This document shows, one piece after another, positions 1 through 8,370 of a stretch of 55,305 bases of DNA (position 1 is the stretch's first letter; each line of letters starts with the position of its first letter). This stretch comes from Candidatus Amesbacteria bacterium GW2011_GWC1_47_15. GTDB taxonomy: Bacteria > Patescibacteriota > Microgenomatia > CAZETR01 > Amesbacteraceae. The notes beneath the pieces are model-generated. The model saw only the letters and a program-made list of their open reading frames with translations, ran no database searches and was not told the DNA's origin. The stretch covers positions 1 through 55,305 of the forward strand of contig LCNU01000003.1 in NCBI GenBank assembly GCA_001001375.1, in the 5' to 3' direction. The position numbers were made by a program, and so were the translations under genes.

Positions 1-447
1 AATAAAATCACCAACGCAAATATTCCCATCTGCCATTTTTTCTGAAATCTTGCGGACGATTTTGTTTTTTAATGGAATAGGATACGTGCCTTCCCAACCG
101 TAAAAGGTCAAAAATATATTTTGACTTCTATTAATTAATTTATAAGGGATTATCCAAAAAAATACGTCATGAATATGAATTATGTCAGCCCAATTTAACA
201 ACTCCTCGTTGTTTTTAAACCACCTCCAAATTAAATATTTTTTCTTTCGCTCATTTTGGTAATCTACTGGTATCCGATAAATGGAATGGCGATGAATTTT
301 ATCGTTAGTTTTTAATTTAGTATCAAATTGTTCCGTAATAATAATAACTTGATATTTTTTATCGAAACGCTTAACTAAATTAAGAGTAAATTTTTCTACT
401 CCACCTAAATGAGGGTCGTATAGTCGGGTTAAAATTAATAATTTCAT
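1..447 (-). CDS. Glycosyltransferase family 4 protein (5' part; runs off the window's left edge)
   Basis: Not in the ORF track. Manual translation from ATG at 447 gives MKLLILTRLYDPHLGGVEKFTLNLV...ADIIHIHDVFFW...TFYGWEG, a typical GT4 N-terminal domain, open to position 1. Confidence 0.8.
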   Translation of the reverse strand, partial: MKLLILTRLYDPHLGGVEKFTLNLVKRFDKKYQVIIITEQFDTKLKTNDKIHRHSIYRIPVDYQNERKKKYLIWRWFKNNEELLNWADIIHIHDVFFWIIPYKLINRSQNIFLTFYGWEGTYPIPLKNKIVRKISEKMADGNICVGDFI

Positions 448-551
448 AAATTCGCTATTGACAGATAAGCAATTAATGTTTCAACATTTAATATATAAAC
501 AAGAAATACAAACTATATCTTCTTAAAGTAATTATACCTTGTATAACTTTA

Positions 552-2882
552 TTGTTTCTAAGTTCGAATTCTGTTTACTCGAGTTATTTATATTGGTCTG
601 AGACATTAAATTTTCCATACCCACTAGCAAGTCATTCAACACATACTGTAGAAAATAAGATTTTCATCGTTGGAGGGGCGGGTAACAGTGGTCAAGTATC
701 AAATGTTATTGAAGGCACTATAGATACTAACACGGGGCAAATCGTTTCTTGGAAGTTTTCCTCTAAACCTCTTCCTATAACCAATTATTGGCACGTTGGT
801 TACACCTTAAATAATAAAATACTCATTGCGGGAGGTACATATTATCCACCAGGGGTTAATTCGCGAAAAAGTGTTTATATTAATGAAATAGATAATAGTG
901 GCGATCTTACTGAATGGAAGAAACTGAATGATTTACCGATAGATGTGGAGGGAATTTCACTAGCCGGATCGGCAATGGTTGGGGATTATATATATTTTAT
1001 TGGAGGTGCAACATGGACTGGGAGTTATATCACAAAAAGAAATGAAAAAGTTCTATTTGCCAATTGGAAAAGTATTAACGATTATATTTCTTGGGATTTC
1101 ACCACTCCGTTACCCCAACCACTGGAAGGTCCAGGAGTAGTTGGTGTCAGAAATTCGATAATCGTAGTTGGGGGACAATCTCCGAATGGACCATCTAATA
1201 AGACCTATATCGGAAATGTGACTTTCGACGGAAAAATACTAGACTGGATGGAGGTAAATTCTTTACCTGCACCGATATATCGTCCAGCAATTACCTCTAT
1301 TGGCGACTATGTCTTTATTGGCGGCGGTGTTAGTAACGGTACAGAATCCAACAAAGTTTATTATGCAAAAGTAACATCAGAAAATGGGTTTGAAGGGTGG
1401 AATCAAATTTCACCTTTACCTGGCTACTATTGTTGTTCGTCTATGATTATTAGTAATAATTATATTTTTAATCTTAATGGTGTTCTTAGTGGAGGTTTTA
1501 CAAATAAGGTCTATATATCGCACTTAAAGGATTTTATTTCGACCTCACCTCCACCTTCTCCCCCGATAATACCCAATCCATTAGTTCTTATTCCAGGTAT
1601 GGGAGGGAGTTGGAATTATGAGGCGATTGTACATGGGAGAGATGAGAAAAACGATAAATGGAAAGGGATGCCGTATTATTTTAAAGAGACGTACGGTGGG
1701 CTACTGCACGCCTTGGAAGATGCAGGTTATGAAAAAGAAAAGAACCTTTATATCTATTATTATGACTGGAGAAAAAATATTACTTATAACGCCTTGGAGT
1801 TGGACTCTTTCATCAAAGATAAGGTCTTAAAAGATAAACTGGAAAATACCAAAGTGGATATGGTTGGACACAGCATGGGTGGATTGATTGCCAGGAAATA
1901 TAATCAGTATTTTAAATCAGAGAACGTAAATAAAGTTATCACTTCCGGAAGCCCACATAAAGGAACAGGGATGGTGTTTAGGCTTTGGGAAGGAGCTGAT
2001 TATTCGGATATGGAAGGACTTATGGGACCGGCGTTAAGAACATACGTTAATATCCACAATAAAAACTATAAAACTAATGTGGAGACGATACAAAAGTCCG
2101 CACCGTCTGTTCTGGATCTATTCCCAATGTGGGATTTCTTAAAAGATAGTGGGGGTAGTTTGAAAAGCGCGGAGAGTATACATTGGAAAAATGAATTTAT
2201 ACCGACCCTTGATCCCCTATATGAGTTATCAAACCCGGGAACAACCACAATTTTCGGTACCGGACATGACACAATCAAGTACATAAAGATCGAAGACAGG
2301 AATGACAAAGACGAAACTTTCGGGAAATGGATCGACGGAAAGCCGGTTTCCCAAGAATATGAAATCGGAGACGGAGCAATATTGGCCGCAAGCGCCCGGA
2401 TTCCCGAGATAAATTTTGTTGAGGAACTAAACTCCAATCACGGAGAATTGATGACAAAAGCGACCGCTCAATACAATCTTCTCAAGTCCTTGGGTATCGA
2501 CTCCAGTAAAATTAAGGTGTATCCCAACAATAATTTTCCGGGTTTTGGAAAAGTTATCGTATTGACCGTAGCTTCTCCAGTGGAATTCTCGCTTGAGGAT
2601 CCGGTAGGGGAAATCTATGAACCAGATGACGGATTTTTGATGCTTCGGAAACCCGGCTCGGGCAACTACAAGGTGCACTTGGAAGGGGTAGAGAGTGGTG
2701 ATTTTACAATTTATTTCGGAAGAATAAACGATGGTGATGAAGCTTGGGAAGAAGTTTCGGGGCATATTTTTGAAGACGGTATAGCAACTTATGAATTTGA
2801 TGTTGATTTTGATTCTCCTAATCTGGGTGCTGACCCATTAAAAAACGCCATTGAACGACTAGAGGATCTTTTACAAGGTTAA
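552..2882 (+). CDS. Secreted Kelch-repeat beta-propeller fused to an alpha/beta-hydrolase (PGAP1/LCAT-like lipase/acyltransferase)
   Basis: About six Kelch-like repeats (IFIVGG, ILIAGG, IYFIGG, IIVVGG, VFIGGG...W), Pro-rich linker STSPPPSPPIIPNP, then VLIPGMGGS, YYYDWR, nucleophile elbow VGHSMGGL, GSPHKG, GDG and a downstream His. The frame is open upstream to 492 with a signal-peptide-like stretch, so the true start may be ATA 495. Confidence 0.8.
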   Translation: MFLSSNSVYSSYLYWSETLNFPYPLASHSTHTVENKIFIVGGAGNSGQVSNVIEGTIDTNTGQIVSWKFSSKPLPITNYWHVGYTLNNKILIAGGTYYPPGVNSRKSVYINEIDNSGDLTEWKKLNDLPIDVEGISLAGSAMVGDYIYFIGGATWTGSYITKRNEKVLFANWKSINDYISWDFTTPLPQPLEGPGVVGVRNSIIVVGGQSPNGPSNKTYIGNVTFDGKILDWMEVNSLPAPIYRPAITSIGDYVFIGGGVSNGTESNKVYYAKVTSENGFEGWNQISPLPGYYCCSSMIISNNYIFNLNGVLSGGFTNKVYISHLKDFISTSPPPSPPIIPNPLVLIPGMGGSWNYEAIVHGRDEKNDKWKGMPYYFKETYGGLLHALEDAGYEKEKNLYIYYYDWRKNITYNALELDSFIKDKVLKDKLENTKVDMVGHSMGGLIARKYNQYFKSENVNKVITSGSPHKGTGMVFRLWEGADYSDMEGLMGPALRTYVNIHNKNYKTNVETIQKSAPSVLDLFPMWDFLKDSGGSLKSAESIHWKNEFIPTLDPLYELSNPGTTTIFGTGHDTIKYIKIEDRNDKDETFGKWIDGKPVSQEYEIGDGAILAASARIPEINFVEELNSNHGELMTKATAQYNLLKSLGIDSSKIKVYPNNNFPGFGKVIVLTVASPVEFSLEDPVGEIYEPDDGFLMLRKPGSGNYKVHLEGVESGDFTIYFGRINDGDEAWEEVSGHIFEDGIATYEFDVDFDSPNLGADPLKNAIERLEDLLQG

Positions 2883-3045
2883 AAAGATCGACCAGCTTCT
2901 ACAAGAGATCCAAACAGGGAAATATAAGAAATCATTTAACAAAGATGTGGAAGAGCGAATCACGCAAGACCTGAATACCGTCAGGCAGGATATGGAACAG
3001 GACATGGAGGACAGGTAAAAATTTTTCGTGGTATTCTGAAACAGC

Positions 3046-4314
3046 ATGAGGTTGTTTGCCGGACTGTTTATTCTCGCTTCTTCGATATTTTTGATTCATT
3101 ATTTCTTTTCCGGAGAAGCGGTTTACGGAGACGGGATAGATTACTGGGTACACTTAAGAAGTATTTATTTTGACCATGACTTGGATTTTACCAATGAATA
3201 TAAACACATATTCAGTCCCGAAAATAACAATTCGAATAATGAAATTGTCTCACCATTTGTTCTGAAAACGTCCTTAACAAGCACGGGTAAAGCAGATAAC
3301 CCTCACACTGGGGGGACAGCTTCACTGCTTTGGCCGTTTTTTGGAGCTGCAGACGTTGCAATACTGGCGGGCCTGAACGGGATCAGAAACGGATATTCGG
3401 ATATTTATCAAATATCGGTAGGATTGGGTTCGGTCATACTGGGAATCGCAGGAGTTTTTGTAGGTTCCCTTTTGGCCATAAAAACCGGAGTTAAAAGAAG
3501 TTGGGCCAGGTGGGGCGCGGCCGGAATATTTTTGGGCAGTCCCCTACTCTACTACGGCAGCTATGACGTAATCAACTCCCACACGGCAATATTTCTTGCA
3601 GTCAGTTTATTTTGGTATATACTTTTTTTTAGCAAAAATAAAGCAAACAAAAGATTGGTGTTTTTGGGAGCATTGGCAGGATTGGCTGCTTCAATTCGGA
3701 TGCAGGAAGGTCTGCTACTGATCTTCGGGATATTTTGGTTGATAGGAAACAAGACTGAAAGAAGAGCGGATATATCGTTTTTGATGTCGGGATTTCTTAT
3801 TGTTTTCTGGCCAGTGTTGTACCAATGGAAATATTTATACGGCGTATGGTGGCCTCAGACTTATCTGGCATCCGGACACATATTCCGAGGATGGACAGGA
3901 AGCCTGCTGCACGGCACTAACGGTCTCTTTTCCAGAACACCGGCCTTATTTTTAATCCTGATCAAGCTTCCGCAACTGATAGTCAAAAAGCGTGAAGTGA
4001 GATATTTAACCCTATATTTTCTGGCACAGATGCTGGTAATCACCTGGCAGGGGGGATGGAGAGATGCAGCGTATGGAGCGAGGATGTATATTTCTTCTTT
4101 ACCCCTGTTTACTATTTTACTGGCAGCATTTCTTCAAATACTTACAAAATACATGGGTGGAAAAACAGCGATACTTGTAGTCTTGGTTTTTGCCTTAACA
4201 AATTTATTAAGTATCGGAAGCTTTATATTTAAGGAAAAAGAGGTTAATTCCGGAAACAAACGAGGACTGGAAGAGCATGCTCTGGACAGGCTGGAAAAAT
4301 TACTAGGAAGATAG
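3046..4314 (+). CDS. Polytopic membrane glycosyltransferase, GT-C fold (ArnT/PMT-like)
   Basis: N-terminal TM helix followed by YGDGIDYW...RSIYFDHDLDF, 10 or more hydrophobic segments, late GARMY motif. Confidence 0.65.
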   Translation: MRLFAGLFILASSIFLIHYFFSGEAVYGDGIDYWVHLRSIYFDHDLDFTNEYKHIFSPENNNSNNEIVSPFVLKTSLTSTGKADNPHTGGTASLLWPFFGAADVAILAGLNGIRNGYSDIYQISVGLGSVILGIAGVFVGSLLAIKTGVKRSWARWGAAGIFLGSPLLYYGSYDVINSHTAIFLAVSLFWYILFFSKNKANKRLVFLGALAGLAASIRMQEGLLLIFGIFWLIGNKTERRADISFLMSGFLIVFWPVLYQWKYLYGVWWPQTYLASGHIFRGWTGSLLHGTNGLFSRTPALFLILIKLPQLIVKKREVRYLTLYFLAQMLVITWQGGWRDAAYGARMYISSLPLFTILLAAFLQILTKYMGGKTAILVVLVFALTNLLSIGSFIFKEKEVNSGNKRGLEEHALDRLEKLLGR

Positions 4315-5072
4315 ACGGGACACAACGATAATATTCTTTTTGATCCCGTTTATTGGTATATGATAGCCGGTGGAATAGTCCCTGATGGCATTATATAAAA
4401 TGTCCTGAGGATAGACGTAGGCTTTTCCCTGGCGGGTACCGGGATCATTAGTAATAAATTCCTTTTTTACCGGATCGTAACCCTTGACCACGAGCATGTG
4501 CCGTTCAGGACCAGGAGCAGTAAAATTCGGATTGTTAAGCAGCCGGCCATTCATTGGGGCTATAATCACTGATCCCGAATAAAGAATATCGATTATCTGA
4601 TCCAAAGATACATCCTCCAAATATTCCACGGATGGGTAGGAGAAATAACCTTTAATTATCCTGTCTACGGTATCCCGGGCTGAAGTGTCGCGGCTTTCGC
4701 CGTATTTTTCCTGCAAATAAGAAGATATGTCCAGTACTTTTTCCAACATCGTTTCCCCAGTCAACCCGAGGCCCTTACCCCATTGGACGGCGATGTAAGA
4801 AGACGCTTCTTCGCAGCCGTCCTGTTGGCGGGAATCTTTCCAGTCGCCGAACGGAGCCTGAGCAGCAAAATCCATTTTGTTGTCCACTTTATTTCTGACT
4901 CCTGTAGGAGTAGGAAGAGGCGTCAGAGACGGGGAAAAACCAATAGTGGGTTCAGGCTCGACAGTCGGGGACGGCAGAAGCAGGCGTGAGACCGGAGTAG
5001 AAAATGAACGGGTAAATCCATAAACGACCAGGAACCCGATAACGAAGGTGATGGAGATTATTTTTAATATAG

Positions 5073-5079
<7 letters not shown>
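4303..5079 (-). CDS. Membrane-anchored C39-like (papain-fold) cysteine peptidase
   Basis: TM segment IISITFVIGFLVVYGF, Pro/Thr linker, FAAQAPFGDW...QDGCEEAS (Cys), HMLVVKGYD (His), NDPGT. The ORF-track start at 5271 reads through the tRNA; GTG 5079 or ATA 5070 is more plausible. Confidence 0.75.
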
Positions 5080-5146
<67 letters not shown>

Positions 5147-5194
5147 AAACGGACAGGTGGACAAATTTTACCACAGCAATTATCATTGGTTGGT

Positions 5195-5764
5195 ATGTTT
5201 AGGCAAAAAATGAGGCGGGGATCTATCGCAATTTTGGACGCTCTGGAGCCGGTAATACTTGCTTTTGCCATTTTTATGATGGTTTATTTATTTCTGTTTC
5301 AACCTCACAAGGTGGATGGCAGGTCAATGTACCCTAATTTTGAAGACAGAGAATACATTCTGACAGATAAAGTGACTTACAGAAGAATCGATCCGCAAAG
5401 GGGGGATGTAATTGTATTCCACGCTCCACCTCCTTATGACAGTGACTTTATAAAAAGAATAATCGGTATGCCGGGTGAGGTAGTCATGATTAAGGCCGGC
5501 GCCGTGCACATAAATGGAGTGGAATTGGAAGAAGAATATTTACCTGTCAATTTCGTCACTAATGAAAAAACTTTTTTAAGGGATAGTGTCCCTTACAGGA
5601 TACCGGAGGGATATTATATTGTACTGGGGGATAACAGAAATTACAGTTCAGACTCAAGAGAATGGGGGCCGATATCGAAAAAGGCAATTGTAGGGAAAGC
5701 CTGGATCAGGTATTGGCCAGCAGACAGAATCGGCATGGTCCCACACCAAAAATACGGTTTCTGA
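5195..5764 (+). CDS. lepB: Signal peptidase I
   Basis: GRSMYPNF (catalytic Ser), FIKRIIGMPGE (catalytic Lys), LGDNRNYSSDSREWG. Start taken at ATG 5195 (or 5210), not 5117, which overlaps the tRNA. Confidence 0.93.
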   Translation: MFRQKMRRGSIAILDALEPVILAFAIFMMVYLFLFQPHKVDGRSMYPNFEDREYILTDKVTYRRIDPQRGDVIVFHAPPPYDSDFIKRIIGMPGEVVMIKAGAVHINGVELEEEYLPVNFVTNEKTFLRDSVPYRIPEGYYIVLGDNRNYSSDSREWGPISKKAIVGKAWIRYWPADRIGMVPHQKYGF

Positions 5765-5776
5765 TTTGATAATTAT

Positions 5777-6601
5777 TTATGAAGTTACTGACCGGATTAC
5801 TTTATTCAGACGTTCGTCGGTCTCTTCCAGATTACCCTTAAAAATGGTGGTCAATCGAGTTTCCGCACGGGATCGCGATAATCTGACAATAGTTCCCGGT
5901 TTGCCGCCCAGAGAGTCTTCCAATTGGAGACGCAAGGCTTCGATTTCATCGCTTACTTCATGAGCCGGACGGAAGCCTACAGTTTTGGGTTTTTGACCGG
6001 CTATAACCCGCATTTTCCTGGCAAGTTCTTCCGCACGACGTACAGATCCTGATTCTTTCAGGATTATTTTATACGCCTCGACAATCATTCGGGGCTCATC
6101 AATTGCCGCGAGAGCCCGAGCATGACCTTCCGTAATCAGACCTGTCAACAAACCATCTTTCAATGCGTCCGGTAAAGTTAGTAATCGTAAAGAGTTGCTG
6201 ATATAGGCGGGGCTCTTGCCGATCCTCTGGCATATTTCGCTGTTGGTTAGACCAAATTCGGTGATTAATCTTTCAAAGGCTTTTGCTCTGTCTATTGCAT
6301 TAAGATCGGTCCGCTGGACATTTTCCACAATCGCCATTTCCAGCATTCCCTGGGGAGTAGTCTCTTTTATCAAAACAGGGACGGTTTTTAAACCTGCCAG
6401 TTTGGATGCTCGCCAGCGACGTTCTCCGGCAATAATCTGGTATCCTGCCGGAGTCTTTGCTACCACCAGAGGCTCCAAAATCCCGTGTTCTCTAATGGAA
6501 TCTACCAAATCTACCAATGACTCAGGAGTAATGATACCGCGCGGCTGAAGAGGATTGGCTTGTAAAGAATCAATATCGAGATCGACTATTTGTTGGTTCA
6601 T
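5777..6601 (-). CDS. parB: ParB/Spo0J chromosome partitioning protein
   Basis: NPLQPR, SIREHGILEPLVV, IIAGERRWRA, ENVQRTDLNAI, HTH region. Confidence 0.93.
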   Translation of the reverse strand: MNQQIVDLDIDSLQANPLQPRGIITPESLVDLVDSIREHGILEPLVVAKTPAGYQIIAGERRWRASKLAGLKTVPVLIKETTPQGMLEMAIVENVQRTDLNAIDRAKAFERLITEFGLTNSEICQRIGKSPAYISNSLRLLTLPDALKDGLLTGLITEGHARALAAIDEPRMIVEAYKIILKESGSVRRAEELARKMRVIAGQKPKTVGFRPAHEVSDEIEALRLQLEDSLGGKPGTIVRLSRSRAETRLTTIFKGNLEETDERLNKVIRSVTS

Positions 6602-6843
6602 TGAACAGTAACGATCTGACGCCCCTGGCGACGAATGAATTTAAGCACTCCATCTTTTATGGAATAAAGCGTGTAGTCACGACCCATTTTTACTCCGACA
6701 CCCGGCCTGACTTTACTGCCCTTTTGGCGAACGATGATATGACCGGATTTCACTGTTTCCCCGCCAAAAACTTTCACCCCAAGACGTTTCCCCCTACGGT
6801 TTCCTTTTTGTCTGGTCGACCCACCCGCTTTTGTGTGCGCCAT
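6598..6843 (-). CDS. rpmA: 50S ribosomal protein L27
   Basis: MAHTKAGGST...KRLGVKVFGGE...IIVRQKG...GRDYTLY. Confidence 0.97.
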   Translation of the reverse strand: MAHTKAGGSTRQKGNRRGKRLGVKVFGGETVKSGHIIVRQKGSKVRPGVGVKMGRDYTLYSIKDGVLKFIRRQGRQIVTVQ

Positions 6844-6871
6844 TTCTTATATAAATTAAATAACTTTAGAC

Positions 6872-6900
6872 AATATATATATAATTTTCACGAATGTCAA
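6872..6900 (-). promoter_or_regulatory. Putative sigma70 promoter for rpmA-parB
   Basis: Minus strand TTGACA (6900-6895), 17 nt, TATATT (6877-6872). Confidence 0.6.
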
Positions 6901-6909
6901 GAGAGGTTT

Positions 6910-7251
6910 TTACACAACCTTGCGGGAACGTTTGGCAGGCGTACCATCAATGCTTTCGATCTTAATACGGCTTAATTTTGAACGGAAACCAATAGTTCTC
7001 CTATGCCGGCTTTTGGCTTTATAAGTCGAGACCCTAATCTTTTCACCAGCCGCCTGGGAAAGGTGAACGGCACTGACTATAATTCCGTCTATATAAGGCT
7101 TTCCGATAGTTACATTATCCCCGTCGGAGACCATAAGAACCTGATTCAGTTCGATTTTTGAATCTATGGGTGACTCCAGCTTATCAACAATGAGCTCCTG
7201 ACCCGGAGTTACCAGATATTGGGATGCGCCGATTTTGACTACAGCCTGCAT
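6910..7251 (-). CDS. rplU: 50S ribosomal protein L21
   Basis: MQAVVKIGASQYLV...IGKPYI...YKAKSRHRRTIGFR; adjacent to rpmA. Confidence 0.96.
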   Translation of the reverse strand: MQAVVKIGASQYLVTPGQELIVDKLESPIDSKIELNQVLMVSDGDNVTIGKPYIDGIIVSAVHLSQAAGEKIRVSTYKAKSRHRRTIGFRSKLSRIKIESIDGTPAKRSRKVV

Positions 7252-7299
7252 GGGAAGTATTTTAACAAATAAACGGGAATTTGGCTATGAAACTATTTA

Positions 7300-8364
7300 T
7301 TAATGAATTTGTATAGAAAGCGGCTGGTGCTGACGGGTGGAAATAGAATTAATTATACCCAAAGTGAAGGCCATGGATACAAGGGAGGAGCCACCGTAGG
7401 AAATAAAAGGGAGAGTAATACCTGTAATCGGAGCAATTCCAAGATTCATACCGATATTTACAAATATCTGAAAAGTCAGCAATGCCATTATTCCCAGACA
7501 GAAGGCAGACGCAGCAGGATCTGAAACGGATTGTGAAATTTCATATATCCGCCTAAGCAATAAAAGGAATAATAATACGACAACCATACTTCCGACAAAA
7601 CCCAACTCTTCACTCAGAGAAGCAAAAATAAAGTCAGTATGATGCTCAGGCAGAAACCTGAGTTGGGATTGAGTTCCCTGCCCCAAACCCCTGCCTGAAA
7701 GTTGACCTGAACCGACGGCAATTGTTGATTGAATAACATGGTATCCTTGCCCCAAGGGATCAGCATTCGGATTGATAAAGCTAGTAATTCTTTGCCGCTG
7801 GTAATCTCTGAGAGCAAAATGATATATAGGAAGTGCCATTATTATCATTACTCCGTAAACAGATACCAGTTTCTTAAAACTTACCTGCGAAGAAAATATT
7901 GTCAGCCACCCTACCCCGACGATTAAAGTCGTACCCAAGTCAGGCTGAATAAATATCGCGATGAGTGGAATTATACCGAGAAGCAACAGCCAGCGAAGCT
8001 TATTGTCCCATTCAGATGCGGCAACGACCGCAAAAAAAAGCATTAATACCGGTTTGACCAGTTCCGATGGCTGAAGTGAAAAAGGACCTAAAAATAACCA
8101 ACGCTGGGATCCTCTGCTGTAAAGACCAAAAAATAATGGACTGATCAAAAAGAGCATAGAGAGAATAAATAAGGGAAAGTATAGGGAAAACAAAATACGA
8201 TAATCGATTTGCGAAAAAAGAATAAAAATAAATACGGCAACAATAGAAAATATTACCTGATCCGACCAAAGCTGGGGTGAAATGCTTTTGAGCAGCAATA
8301 ATCCCAACACCAATAAAAACCCAACAGGCAATACTACTTTGAAATCTAAACTGAATCTGGGCAT
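7300..8364 (-). CDS. rodA: Rod shape-determining SEDS protein RodA
   Basis: GSQRWL, LQPSELVK, QPDLGT, DPLGQGYHVIQS, LPEHHTDFIF, GITLPFISYGGSS; lies outside the dcw cluster. Confidence 0.9.
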   Translation of the reverse strand: MPRFSLDFKVVLPVGFLLVLGLLLLKSISPQLWSDQVIFSIVAVFIFILFSQIDYRILFSLYFPLFILSMLFLISPLFFGLYSRGSQRWLFLGPFSLQPSELVKPVLMLFFAVVAASEWDNKLRWLLLLGIIPLIAIFIQPDLGTTLIVGVGWLTIFSSQVSFKKLVSVYGVMIIMALPIYHFALRDYQRQRITSFINPNADPLGQGYHVIQSTIAVGSGQLSGRGLGQGTQSQLRFLPEHHTDFIFASLSEELGFVGSMVVVLLFLLLLRRIYEISQSVSDPAASAFCLGIMALLTFQIFVNIGMNLGIAPITGITLPFISYGGSSLVSMAFTLGIINSISTRQHQPLSIQIH

Positions 8365-8370
8365 GGAAAT

